This document shows, piece after piece, positions 42,860 to 55,900 of a DNA stretch of 64,000 bases. The notes beneath the pieces were generated by a model that made no database searches, was not told the DNA's origin, and worked only from the letters and a program-made list of their open reading frames with translations. This DNA comes from Hormiphora californensis (Eukaryota > Animalia > Ctenophora). The translations under genes and the position numbers were made by a program. The stretch's first letter is position 1. The number at the start of each line of letters is the position of its first letter. The DNA lies in the NCBI GenBank assembly GCA_020137815.1, contig CM035351.1:4154001-4218000 (forward strand), in the 5' to 3' direction.

Positions 42860-44353
42860 AATCACGACGACCAAGGAGGAGGAAAACAAACAGAATGATG
42901 CTGTTATGGAGAAGCTGCGAGTACATCCTGATGCCAGCAGGTTGGTGAAAGGTTTGCTGAAGGCCTACAACGTCAAAGTTAAGTACAACACCAACGTGAA
43001 AAACTTGTTGAAGGCCAAGGACGAAACCCTCCATGCAACTACTGAGTTCCTTGGAGGTAAACCTCTAAACGATGCAGGCCAGCCTATGTACAGGTCACGA
43101 GAAACTCTAGTTGACTGGATAATAATGGCTATCGAGGGAATGTTTCCACACATCCCCACCCAAGGTTTGGCTCCATTGCAACCTATTCTCGCTCCGCACT
43201 GACCTAGCACTACTCAAATGTCAATTACCGCCCCATTTCGCATCGTGATGAATCGGCGGGTATTTTCCCATGCTCACAAGGCCATGACGATTCACCCAGT
43301 ACCCGCAGATTGTCCCAGGACCGAGTAGGAGCTTGCAGCCAGGTCTTTAAAGAATTGTCCATGTTTAGAGTCAATTTTGACCCACTATTCCTCAAATGCT
43401 GATACTCGCGGGTATTTTCCGTAAAACTAGAGACAATTATATGCCAGGGGCAACAAACGAGATGCAAATCGGTTCAGTAGTTCCTTGCAGCCAGGTCTTT
43501 GAAAAAGTTTGCTCTAAAATCAATAACGGGCCGGAGGCCAAGATGTGAGATCGATCTCGGTCGCTGCGCGACCTCGATCTCACTCAGGCATCAATGTGGC
43601 CAAACCCAAGGTGAGGTCAGCGGAAGGCAAGGTAAGGTCAGAGGAGCTGACCGACATTACCTTCACACCGGCAGATATTGAGGAAGCGCTTGCAGAATTG
43701 AAACCACACTCAGCGTATTCCGGAGGAGTTGAAGAGACAGCAGATAGCCCCTATCTTCAAGAAAGGAAACAAAAGTATAGCTGAGAACTACCGACCGGTA
43801 GCACTGACCAGCCACGTGACCAAAACCTTCGAACGAGTGGTGCGCAAGGAGATAACTGAATTTGTTGAGTGGCAAGGTATTCTAAACAACGAACAACACG
43901 GAATACGGATTCAGATCAGGACGTAGCTGCCTTACTCGACTATTTGAACACTATGATGCAATCCTGGAGGACCTCAACCAAGGGAGTGAAGTAGATGGTT
44001 TTAAAGTTGATCCTTTCACTCACTGGTAGGAAATGTAGTGCCTTACGCAACGTCGTTGTGCCTTGCCACCTCCTCTGTCCGAAAATGAATCTAGCTGCCG
44101 CATTTTGTACCTTTTGTAACTCAGCAACATTCCGTTTAGTCATCCCAGACATCAGAGAATTGCAGTAGTCTATTTTTGAATGAACTAAGCTGCATACCAA
44201 TATTGTCCTAAGCTTCCGAGATAGCTTTCCAACTATGGCACTATCCAAATCACTCCGGCCCATATCAACTGGAAATTCTTCCACGGGAAGTGGAAAGTCC
44301 TTAACCGTAACCTTAGAGCCTAAGATGTAAATGTAAATGTAAATGTAAATGTA
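42860..44353 (+). mobile_element. Internally deleted CR1-group LINE remnant: possible ORF1 fragment, RT fragment and (TGTAAA)n tail, containing an inverted L2-type RT C-terminal fragment (~43998-44245)
   Basis: PIFKKG...NYRPVALTSHVTKTFER on +; SKIDYCNSL...LQKVQNAAARF...LHFLPVSERINFK on -. Confidence 0.7.
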
Positions 44354-44492
44354 ATATAATCATTTATATATACCACTTTATAGTGTAAAATATTGGAGCA
44401 TGCATACTAGCCAACGCTCTACACACTCCTCACTTTCAAAAGTGGTACAGATACAAAACATGAGCATACATAAATAGTTAATTTGTAGGGAA

Positions 44493-45458
44493 CTATCCCA
44501 CTTGGATAACATTATTGCGGATGAAATAACAGCCGTCTGGATCTTCTAATCGTAACCGTTTCAAAGTGGACCTGAGAGCTTTTTGCTCCTTCAGTTCAGA
44601 GGGCGTTAGGTCCGGAGAGAGATAAACAGCCGAAAACTGTTTGGAGTCCTTGAGGTTTCGTGCTTTTTTGAGCAGCGCCAGGAGAGTCGATCTCTTCTCC
44701 AGTGATACTAAGAGCGGTCTAGGGCGCTTCTCGTTTCTTTCCCCGATGCGTTTCGTCGTTGTCACCTTTGGTTTCTCTTGCAATTCCTCAAACAGTTCGT
44801 CCAAAGTAGTTTTAGCTACTCTATCCGTTGTTTCTGGAAGACCAAACACAACCAGGTTCTTCTCTCTTCCGGGCTGTTGGACGGGAGTAGGGTGATGTAA
44901 AGGTGGCAGTTTTCCCAATTTGGGGGAGGTTGCAGCACAATTCTGTGCAAGAACAGTAGAGTAGGCTTTCACATTCTGCACCGATGCTGTCACTGTACTG
45001 AGTTGTTGGTTCTGTTGGTTGATAACCGTTTGCTGAAGCTCGATCACGCTAACCCGATGACGGTCAAGTTCTTCTTTGCATTCACGCAGCTGCTTCTCGA
45101 GGTTTTCCACGCTGATAACAGTTTTAAAATTGTTCATTGTTGCTCGGGCAAGTTTCATACTGGAGAGGAAAATACGCGAAGTAGCCTCAATTGTTTCACT
45201 CGTAGTTCGGTCCTTGAGACAATGTCTAAAATACGAACCCCAGTGCTTGCAAGGCGAAGCTACTTTGTCGTTGGTTAACGTTGAATCAGGTGCAGTTTGG
45301 ATCTGTTTATAACATTGATTAAACTGAGCTAGGGTGATACTCATCGTGTTGGGATCATCAGTCGAATTCAACCGGTAAACTTCAGAAACAAAGTTATCTA
45401 CTGTCTCTTTCAATTGTTTTATCATAGGGTTATCACCCTCGTACTTCGTTTCCGACAT
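44493..45458 (-). CDS. LINE ORF1-like protein (coiled coil + RRM/CTD-like), 321 aa, stand-alone
   Basis: REKNLVVFGLPE, RIGERNEKRPRPLLVSL, VYLSPDLT, YFIRNNVI; ORF intact; no ORF2 start downstream. Confidence 0.8.
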   Translation of the reverse strand: MSETKYEGDNPMIKQLKETVDNFVSEVYRLNSTDDPNTMSITLAQFNQCYKQIQTAPDSTLTNDKVASPCKHWGSYFRHCLKDRTTSETIEATSRIFLSSMKLARATMNNFKTVISVENLEKQLRECKEELDRHRVSVIELQQTVINQQNQQLSTVTASVQNVKAYSTVLAQNCAATSPKLGKLPPLHHPTPVQQPGREKNLVVFGLPETTDRVAKTTLDELFEELQEKPKVTTTKRIGERNEKRPRPLLVSLEKRSTLLALLKKARNLKDSKQFSAVYLSPDLTPSELKEQKALRSTLKRLRLEDPDGCYFIRNNVIQVG

Positions 45459-45832
45459 TAACAGCGTTTCGTCTTCCTGCCCTTTGGGGCGGTTACATCA
45501 GATTCATCTTCCTGCTCAATAAATAGTTTTACGTTGTAGTTGATGAAAGTTTGAAAGATTGTGCGATGCGGACAAGAAGTGACAGAGTTATTGCCAAAAA
45601 AGTCAAAATTTGACCATAAAAGGGATTTTGCTCCACCGTTATTCAACTTATTTTCGATCGCAAGCATGCCGTAAGTCAAACAAAAACGATTTTGAAACTT
45701 TTGGAGACAAAATTTTTTTCAACTTTTTTGGCAGGTTCACTCGAAATTCAAAACAGGGTGCGCGTCGCAATGCCAAAATGCGCGTCGCATGCGCGTCGCA
45801 TTATGCGCGTCTCAACACAGTGTCTCGCCTCC

Positions 45833-45946
45833 ATAAGACAAAAGCTCAGATTTAGCCTGTTGAGATCAACCTTAGTAGCATTGAGGGGCACTAAGAGGCG
45901 TGTGGTACCATTTATGCCGAGCGAAATTGATTTCAGAGTGACGTAA
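45833..45946 (+). pseudogene. CRE-like retroelement C-terminus, right part
   Basis: IRQKLRFSLLRSTLVALRG; rejoins MSF from the left part if one AT copy is removed. Confidence 0.75.
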
Positions 45947-46272
45947 TTTATTCTGTGTTTACCTTTATAAATCGCTAGGGACGTGCGTGGTGTACCAGGA
46001 GTGGTGAATTATGCAGCCATTCTTTATTGTGTCTCTACCTCTTTTCTCCGTGTCCTAACACAATATACCTATGGTACACCCGCACACGTGTTCCTTTTTC
46101 TTTGAAAAAAAACTCAGAAACTCAAACTTTTTTTGAAAATCAGATGAATACTGCTCAGTTGCGCGGCGCAACTTTGGCAGCGGAATCACGAAAAACAACG
46201 CGTCGGGACCTCAGGCGGCGGATACTGCGTCGCGATGTTCAATTGTATTTAAAAATCGCGGGAAAACGTTAA

Positions 46273-46521
46273 AATCTGGGTGCCTTTCACTGCTAACAAT
46301 TCGTAGTTTTGGCGCGCGCGACGGGTTAGGGCTATCCGTTAGGGTCTGGTTAGGGTTTGGTTTGGGGTTATCGGTTAGGGCCATCGATTCTCTAACTGAT
46401 ACCGTTTAGTTTACTCAAATCGGCCATGTGGTTCCATGGCTATAGCCGTTTGAAAAAAGTCGGTCTAAGTATACTCTTTTGGTAGCGCGCACCTGTAAAC
46501 AGGCTGCAAGGCACCCAGATT
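46273..46521. mobile_element. MITE with 14-bp TIR and internal GGTTAGGG repeats
   Basis: aatctgggtgcctt...aaggcacccagatt; flanks ttaa/ataa. Confidence 0.65.
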
Positions 46522-47158
46522 ATAATCGCGCCCAAAATCGCGAGTTTTTTTAAAAATTTTGGAAGCGAACTTTTAAAAAGTTTTAAAAAAAGAAAATCGT
46601 TCAAAAATGCCCAAAAAAAAATGAAATCGAGACACTTTGAAGTCTTACTCAAGCCATGCAGTAACCTCTTTTTACATTCTCACCGTCTCTATAAATTTTG
46701 AAGACTTACTTGTTGACGAAAAATTGCCTGGTGAAATTGAAAATCGCCTGTGATCTGTGATCTGTCATATGTGATCTGGGGGCAGAGCAATCTTGTTAGT
46801 TGTTGTTCCATCATTTAATATGGGCAATGGAAAACGGACAATAAATAGCAAATGCGTGTTTACATTTAGTATTTAGATCAGCGTTTCTGGGCACTTGCAT
46901 CCAGTTTATGTGATCTGGCTTCGGCGGAATTTGGTTTGCTTCATTTTCTTGTCAGTAGCTTTAAACGCTCGTGTACACAAGTTTTTGGACAAGTGTATGC
47001 TCGTGTACGGCCAGTTAAACAGGGAGTTTGATGTAGAGCTGTAGCATGTATTTGACATGTATTTGGTACTCATGCGTCGAGATTTTTTAAATTTTTGGCC
47101 GTCTGGCGTCGAATGTGAATTTTATTACCTTTCTAAATACATCCAACTGTTTCAAGGT

Positions 47159-50100
47159 ATGGCGTTGGTTCAGGGGATAGACACAGATGTGGTTATTGGA
47201 GTGACTGATACTCTGACAGAGCGATCCTCCATTATACGAGATGAGGCGGTCATGTGGCAGCCTTTATTAAGAAGTGCAGTGATCAAGGAACATGATTACA
47301 GCGTGAGTGTTGTTTTTTTGTGTTCATTTATAGTCCTAGGCATTTGAGTCAAATACAGGAATTTTTAGATAACCATGCGAGACCTTCACTAAAAGTAGGC
47401 TATAGGTCCCTAGAATCACCAAAAAAAAGTTTACCACTTAAACTTCCCCAGAACATCTCTTAATTTGGCGTTGATTGGGTCTAATTGGCTAATAATGAAT
47501 TCAAAATTCAAAATCGTCGTAGAAGGTCGTAATTGGTCGCAATCGTTCAGAAATATTATTCTCATCATCTTTAAATCATGATAGTGACCCAATTATGTAA
47601 AATTGGTGCCTAATTTGGCGTTAATTGGGTCAAATTGGGTCTAAATTGGGCAAAAATTCAAAATCGTTGTAGACGGTCGTGGTTGGTCGCAATCGTTCAC
47701 AAATATCATTCTTATCACCTTTAAAACATATTAGTGACTCAGCTCTGCCAAATTGATGCGTAATTGGTCCTAATTGGGCCTAATTGGCTAAAAGTTACGC
47801 TTTTTAATGTTAGAACAAGAACGACAATTTTCACCCTGACTGGGGAAACAATTTGGAACATCAAAATTCCTTCAGCAACGTGTCCCTAAGGGTCTTCTGG
47901 AGCACCTCTGAGCTTTGTTAATTGCGGGTTGATGGGCAACATGGTCATTTCCGGGTGTGTGCCACTTCAGGCAGAGCCCAATATTGTAAATAATTTAAGA
48001 ATTGGAGTAGAGATAAAAATGAGGATACTAAAGTGTGTTATAGCGTCCTCGCATTAGTGGGGGTAGACACTAGACACCCATGAAAAGTTCCTATCTCATT
48101 TGATTAATTAGATAATTGGATAATTAGATTTATGCATATCCGTGTTTCAGCTGTTATATTGCTTACACAGTTCATACTATGACCGACCATGTTATGTGGC
48201 TTAGATCAGACCTGTGAATGATCCTGAGGCCCTACTTGATACCCCTCATACCCTGCTACTAGCAGGCTGCTAGATGCCTTTCAGATGTTGCATTCACAGG
48301 TCTGATCTAAGCCACATAACATGGTCGGTCATAGTATGAACTGTGTAAGCAATATAACAATTAACAGCTGAAACACGGATATGCATAAATCTAATTATCC
48401 AATTATCTAATTAATCAAATGAGATAGGAACTTTTCATGGGTGTCTAGTGTCTACCCCCACTAATGCGAGGACGCTATAACACACTTTAGTATCCTCATT
48501 TTTATCTCTACTCCAATTCTTAAATTATTTACAATATTGGGCTCTGCCTGAAGTGGCACACACCCGGAAATGACCATGTTGCCCATCAACCCGCAATTAA
48601 CAAAGCTCAGAGGTGCTCCAGAAGACCCTTAGGGACACGTTGCTGAAGGAATTTTGATGTTCCAAATTGTTTCCCCAGTCAGGGTGAAAATTGTCGTTCT
48701 TGTTCTAACATTAAAAAGCGTAACTTTTAGCCAATTAGGCCCAATTAGGACCAATTACGCATCAATTTGGCAGAGCTGAGTCACTAATATGTTTTAAAGG
48801 TGATAAGAATGATATTTGTGAACGATTGCGACCAACCACGACCGTCTACAACGATTTTGAATTTTTGCCCAATTTAGACCCAATTTGACCCAATTAACGC
48901 CAAATTAGGCACCAATTTTACATAATTGGGTCACTATCATGATTTAAAGATGATGAGAATAATATTTCTGAACGATTGCGACCAATTACGACCTTCTACG
49001 ACGATTTTGAATTCATTATTAGCCAATTAGACCCAATTAACGCCAAATTAAGAGATGTTCTTGGGACCTATAGCCTACTTTTAGTGAAGGTCTCGCATGG
49101 TTATCTAAAAATTCCTGAAACGGGCACTTTCTTACGCAAATGCCTAGGACTATTAATCCTCTTTTTTTTGTACAGACAATTTGCCTAGCTCGACCCCTTT
49201 TCGCTAACTCCGCGGGTTATGACATAACAACAGAGAATAGGGATGGAGCGTACCTATGTGAGTGTGGTGTAGATGGGGGAGAGTGGGGACAAGAGATACG
49301 TGACCCTGCTCTATCGTAGCACACAGCTATCCGCACAGCTACTGTGACAAGATCTGTTGTGTTTTGTTGAGTTCTAGCCCATCATGGTGAGAGGTGATAG
49401 AGCATAACAAGTTATACCACGCATGTTTCAGATCGTTGCGGCTTACGACCAGATGAACAGTGAACAGAAAATAGCACATCTACATAAAAATGGGTTGAAC
49501 GTTGTTCGAACACTCGTCAATTTGACTGTGTCTATTAGCAATGAAAAGGTTTGTACATCTCAAATTTGCACTAGGACACCTGTTTATTGATTTATAATCC
49601 TTAGTTCCTCATTCCCCCCATGATGTCTCATGAGACTTACCTGTGCAGCAGGAACCGACCGAAACAAGTAAACAACCAATCAGAACTCGTTATTTAGGTC
49701 ACGTGACTGGTTATCAGTGACTGGTTACCAATCAGGGACCAGTATTTCCTGATTCAGTCGGTTCCTGATGTGCAGCAGTGTGAACTCAGATTAGTAATCC
49801 AAATATTCCCCCAAATAATATTCCCCCCCATCCCAGATCCTCTCGCACGTGCTGGTTCTTGTTAATGATGTCCTAGCAGACAAGGACAATATCAGGTACT
49901 TTGAAGAGGTTGAAACAGAGAAGAGTGAAGATGGGAAATCACTGAGCGCTTGGGAACCTTTTCTAAATCTGTTGAACCGAACGGATGTGTTTATCGTGAA
50001 TATGTCCAGTCTCATCCTTGCAAAGGTAAAACATAAGGAATTCAATGGTTGTGGTAAATATTACCCCCCCCCCCCCAATAACACCATCTTACTACCTACT

Positions 50101-51873
50101 GACTACTAACTACCCACTTGGTAGTATCCAGGTTCTTAGTTCCCTCCCTCCCCCAAAAACACCCTCTACTCCATATATTCAGGTGATCAGTACGGGATCC
50201 CTGAGGCTGGATGCTAAGAACTTGACCTGGTTTATCAACTGGCAGGCGGGGCAACTGCTACAGAGCAACACATACCTTCACACTATCCTGGCCTCTCAGC
50301 AGATAATGCTAAGGGTAACAGAGTACAGGCAACCTTTCGTCCACTCAACTTGTCTGGATAAAATGCTGAATATTCTCTCTACACGCATCAGCTTCCAGGT
50401 AAGGTATATTCGTGGTCAAACAAGTCTCGAATATCGGTGTATAGTAGATTCAAACAAGTCTCGAATATTGGTGTATAGATCTCAAATAGGTTTAAAAAAG
50501 TAGACACTAGACCTCGTGTTAAAACATCGATCTATGTATTAATGCCCGAACATATGTTTTAATTCCTACTATCTATCCCCCAGCTCCAGTACCAGATTGT
50601 GTTTTGTCTATGGCTGCTTAGTTTCCGGACAACCTATTGCTTCAAGCTGCTGGAATTCATCAAGCCGACAGCGGAGATTCTCAGACAGGCCATTAAGGAG
50701 AAAGTGATCAGGATAATCATGCAGTTTTATAGGAATATCCTGGATAATCATACTGTACCCCGGAAACCAGCGGAGTTGATGATCCAGGGAAAAGTTCAGG
50801 TAGGGACAACTGGGTTTAGGGAAGGGGGTGTTAGGTACGGTGTTCTCTTTCCTAATTCTCTCGCGCTTTCCACCACCTCGTGTGTGTCACATGATCTGAG
50901 GGGATACCAACCTGGTATACCTTGCCTTGTTAGACCCTGTTTCGGTGTAAAGGAGGGTTAGAATAAGGTATACCTTACTCAAGGGCCGGGAGATGGAGAA
51001 TTTAAATTTAGAGAAGAAAATGCTAATTAAATAATGGGATATGTGAATGTCTGCTGTGTACTAAACAGGGGAAGTGCTAATTTATCATATAACTATCAGG
51101 TGACAGTTGGACAGTTACCACCCATCCCATCCTATAGGTGACAGTGGGACAGCTAACAGAAAAGAATTGGAAAGATGAGGACATCAAGGATGACGTGGAA
51201 CAGGTAAAGGCAGTCCTGGACACCATGCTGCAAGACATGTCCACTTTTGACAGCTACCTGGCGGAGGTGAAGAGCGGTAAATTGGAGTGGTCACCACTCC
51301 ACACAAACCCGGCGTTCTGGCGGGAAAATGCCCAAAAACTCAACCAGAATGACCATGAAGTGCTGAGGATGATAAAAATATTGTTGAAGGATGAGCGAGA
51401 TCCAACCACGTTGGCTGTGTGTGCCCATGATGTTGGGGAGTATGTCCGGCACTACCCCGTGGTAAGTGGTTTCAGGGGGGAGAGAGATCAACTTTCTCCC
51501 TTATTGTGACTCTCTTTCTCTGTCTTTACACTCCTCAGTCCTTGCTTAGTTGTGCTTTCATTAAACCGTGAGAGATCAACTTTCTCTCTATTGTGTTTGT
51601 CGTATCTTCCTTACCTTAATTCCTGTCTACAGGGCAAGTTCAACATTGAAAAACTTGGATTGAAGGAGCGAGTGGTGTGCCTTCTTGAAAATGATGACCC
51701 TAAGGTAACATAAACTGAACAGGAAGATAATTTTATCAGAGATTAAATTTGAATTTGTTGTTTATTCTCCTCTAATTATTTACTCCCTGCTCCAGGTGAA
51801 GGCTGCTGCTCTGCTGGCTCTACAAAAGCTGATGCTGAATAACTGGGAATTCTTGGCCAAAACGAATGCCTAA
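47159..51873 (+). CDS. ATP6V1H: V-type proton ATPase subunit H
   Basis: Exons 47159-47302, 49432-49548, 49837-50025, 50183-50398, 50584-50799, 51138-51461, 51633-51703, 51796-51873. Motifs FQLQYQ..FCLWLLSF, KEKVIRI, LEWSPLH...FWRENA, AVCAHDVGEYVRHYP, ALLALQKLM. Confidence 0.93.
47331..49152. mobile_element. 1.8-kb foldback element with 3-bp TSD TTA in ATP6V1H intron 1 (PIF/Harbinger-like TSD)
   Basis: Arms 47331-48220 and 48291-49152 with a few indels; TTA at 47328-47330 and 49153-49155. Confidence 0.85.
49649..49767. mobile_element. hAT-like MITE
   Basis: caggaaccgac...gtcggttcctg; 8-bp TSD ctgtgcag/atgtgcag (7/8 match). Confidence 0.8.
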
Positions 51874-52492
51874 AGAAACTTTTTAGGACTTTGTTTAAAT
51901 CTTGTGAGACTGCATTGAAAGTAGAATGTAACTTTTGTAACTGATGTCTGATTATTAATGGCTGGTCCATAATTCTTCTGAGAATTGTTTTTCCATGTGT
52001 TTGCTAACCCATTTCACTTCAAATTGAGGGCCCAATCTTTCGATATTAACTCTATTATCGGGGACCTGGACGTGGGTGCCCCGTCCTCGTGTGTCAAAAG
52101 GCCTGCAAACTCCTTACACACGAACCCATGTGTTGATCATGTAACGCGCGACGACCGCCCTACAGCATTTTGTGATTTCCTGTTCGCGCTAGCGCAATGC
52201 GCGCGACACCAAATGGCACGCGCAAATCCATTTTGAAGAATTGACTGCGCGCTTGTGATACGATTGAACGCGCGCGTGTTGAATCCAACTCAAAATCACT
52301 TGGATTTTTGGTTCATTTTTTTCTCAGAATTTTCGAAATCGTGGCCTTTTTCGGTCGTTTTCTGAATTCTAAAGCTTGTGGTGAATAACTTATCCCTTTC
52401 AAGTCCTAAAAGGCTGTAAAACATATCTTACATATTGCCCCAATTAGAATTAAAAGATTTAACGTTATAATTTAGCTCGTAGCCAATCCAAA

Positions 52493-52760
52493 ATGGGTCC
52501 CGCCTCTGTGAAAATCTACAACTCTGTATTCAAGAAGTATTCCACATACGCCCTCTTCGCTGTTGGTTTTGGCGTGATGTGGGAAAGGTTCATTAACGTA
52601 AACGTCGATAGCTACTATGCTAAAGTGAACGCTGGGGTGAGTACATTTAAATCAGACACAAAAAGTAAGACCCCTAAAATGTTGTGACCGATGACTTACC
52701 TTCCACTAATTTCAGCGTCTGTGGAAGGATATCAAGAACAACTACGAAAAGGCTGAATAA
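52493..52760 (+). CDS. UQCR10: Cytochrome b-c1 complex subunit 9
   Basis: Exons 52493-52636 and 52716-52760; IYNSVFKKYSTY...ERF...NAG|RLWKDIK. Confidence 0.88.
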
Positions 52761-52907
52761 ATCTGAGTTGTACAATTAACCGCTATATAAGTTATTGCTA
52801 TTTAGAGTGTCACCATTTTGTACTAGTGTCGATCTACCGTGAAACTGTGTTTTATTGCCCCCCCCCCCCTTAATAATTATTAACCCTCCCTTCCTTCTCT
52901 GTAGGAC

Positions 52908-55900
52908 ATGGCCTCTGTATGTGACAGTATTCTGAACCTATCCCTAAAGGACACCCCCTCCGTGGAGAGCACCTTCGCTCAGCTTGGTATTGCGGACACA
53001 GTTGTGACACAGGAATCATTAGACGCAGCAAAACGGGTGAACAGTCAACTTATTGCCACTATACGGAAACTAAATGACTACATTATCACACTCCACAAGA
53101 TGATAGCCTTGTTGAGGAAACAGAAGAGTGAACTAAGTAGAGTGAGGGTCTCTGAAACAATATCGTGTGATCTCAATAACTTGTCTCTCAATGACAGCAA
53201 CAATAACTCACTGAATGAACTTTTAGACGCACTAAAGAAAGAAGAGACAATTCTAACGAACACTATTCATCAGAAACAGTTGATATTACAACAGACAAGA
53301 GAGACAGAACAGATACAAGTAACAGATTTACAGAGTAAAACCACTCAGCTTGAGGCGGAAAACAGAGATTTAAGAGCGGAAAATGACCGGTTAAATTCCC
53401 GGATCAGTGCCAGTTCTTCAGAGGTCCAGATACTGCACAACAAGGTCAATGTCTGTACTAGACTGCTAGAGGAGCGAGATGAACCCCGTCCGGAACAACA
53501 GTGGATTGTGGAACCAACTGAAATCGACATATCTCCCCGGATTTTAGGAACTGGTGCCTGGGGTACGGTGTCTCTAGGATCGTTCCGTGGTCTAACTGTA
53601 GCGGTGAAACAGTTACACCGAATGATCCTCTCCCCTCACAATAGATCCAAGTTCCTCCGGGAAATGGAGATATCAGCCCGGGTCCGGCATCCTCACATTG
53701 TACAGTTCCTGTGCTGTTCCCAACGAGCCAGTACTCTCCTTGTGGTAACAGAGGTAATGGAGATGAGTGTGAGGGAAGCGTATCTAGGACAACTTGTATC
53801 ACCACCCCAACTCCTCAAATCTCTGCTACAGTGCAGTCTGGCACTTCAGTATCTGCACGCCTTTACTCCGCAACCAATTCTACACAGGGACATCAGTAGC
53901 TGCAATCTCCTGTTATCCTCTCGGGAGGGTGGGTTGGCAAAGTTATCTGATTTTGGGGCTGCTAACTTCCTCAGGGTGGCGGTGGCGGTCTTTCTGTCCA
54001 CTAGAAAGGGCTCTGAGCCCCGGACACCATTGTGTACAACTTGGCAAAGGGGTTCATCCCAGGGTATACGATGTGAAGCCTACAACCTCTCGTATTCCAA
54101 GAACCGTGGTGCGTGATGAAGAATCACATCCCTCACAAGGTGCCACTGTTAATCGCTATTCTGTCCTGGGTGATACCAGACTAAACAGATAAGCGAAACG
54201 GAACACCACGGTACTAAACCAGTAAAGGTTGAAAAACAATCCGTTTCGGGAGCCTAGCAAACTCCCGTACCGTATCGGCCTGCTTACTCCTGTCTCTCCT
54301 GGAACGTTATCACGGTTGGTTTCTGGTGAGAGTGGCCGATTTATCTTTTGGGGTTTGGATCAGTTCCTGCGGTTTCCGGTGATGGACTAGTGGCGCGGCA
54401 TCATCGGTTATGGAGGGTGCTATTAATGCCTACCTGAGAGGGGGGACCCTCTCTGTACCCTCTTAGCCATCTGAAAAGTAATCAATGAAGTCCACCAATA
54501 GCACCAGGGTTAAAGCCCCTGATATTCTTGCAGAGGCCAATGGCGCCCTTGAAGTGGTAAGCTTAAAGCCTCCGGGAGGGCCTGCTACAGATGGCCGGAG
54601 GTCCGAGCCGGAACCAGAAAACCCCTTAAAAACTACAAAAAAATCTAGGATTTTAGGGTGTAATAGTGAGACGGTTTTTGGCACCCTAAATGTGAGGACC
54701 ATACGCGAGGCTTATCGTAGAGATGTCATGGAGAGCGAGTTTGTGAGGAGCGGCCTGTGTATCCTGGGGGTGCAGGAGCACCGGATTTGTCACTCTGAGA
54801 GGGTCTGTGTGCAGAGAGGGAGAGGTTTCTCGTTTATTTCTTCATCAGCCTGGAGGTCTGGATCAGGGGCATCTTGCGGGGGTGTAGGAGTGTATGTAAA
54901 TCAAGATGCGTACTCGGCAGTGAAAATGGTGAAGTCATACACTAACCGAATACTTACTTGTGAGCTTCACTGGCAACCCTGCTCTCACTGTCATTTGTGT
55001 GTACGCCCCTACTGAGGGGAGTGATCCAGCGGAGGCAGAGAGTTTCCATGAGGCCCTGAGGGGAGCTATCCATGAGGTTCCAGGCACAGGATGTTCTGGT
55101 TGTGTTAGGGGACCTAAACGCCCATCTGTCTAGGGAATCGCCGGACGATGGGGGTTGGTATTTTCATTCAACGTCGAATAGGAACGGGGCGCTGCTCCGT
55201 GATACTATGTTAGAATGTAATCTGGTGGCAGGTAATCCATCGTTTCCAGAAAAAGCTGGCTAAGCTTCATACTTTTACCAGTGAGGGCACACTCTGCCAA
55301 AGTCAAATTGATTATATTCTGATTCGACGGAAGTGGAAGAACTCTCTGCGTAACGTAGAGGTAGTGGACACGTTTGGTAGTGTAGGGTCTGATCATAGAG
55401 CAGTTCTTGGTTTCCTTCGCCTCAGTCTACGGAAGACTAAACGTGCTAAAGGGCAGATCAAGTTCGATTATACTTGTCTCAGAGAGGAGCCTGACATGTG
55501 TGAGAGGTACAGTGTGGAGGTGAGGAATAGGTATAATGTGTTGAGGACAGATGTGGAGGATGCTTCTGGAAGGTATGGGGCATTTGTGTCGGCTGTTGGT
55601 GAAACCAATAAGCACTTACTGCCACGGAAGCGCAGACGTGCTACCGATAGCGCTATGAGTGATTTGAGAGTTCGTAGTGTAAGAGACGAGTTGTTCGAAG
55701 CTAAGAAAGCTTTGTTTCTCCATCCCACTGAGAATAATCGAGTCGAGGTTAGCGAGAGGAGAGAACTCTTAAAGGAAACGCATGCCTCAGTCACTGAAGA
55801 ACTTATCTCTCAGAAGATTCGTCGGGTAGAAACTGCTAATGACGAGAGGAAAAATAAGGTGGCGTGGGACCTCATTAGAGATGTTACTGGGGACTCTAAA

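Larger units (their letters stand above)
39211..45832. mobile_element. 6.6-kb composite TIR element, GGAGGC...GCCTCC ends, 2-bp AT TSD (ISL2EU/Harbinger-related), no transposase seen
   Basis: Subterminal tgtgttgagacgcgca and repeated gacgcgca motifs are inverted at both ends; excision restores the CRE reading frame. Confidence 0.8.

Noticed and set aside
42223-43034. GREGK / PSLPF repeat proteins
   Set aside because: Microsatellite translations.
53990-54480. HDV-like ribozyme in the RTE 5' UTR
   Set aside because: I could not build a convincing P1/P1.1/P2/P3 fold by eye; a descriptor or covariance-model search is needed.
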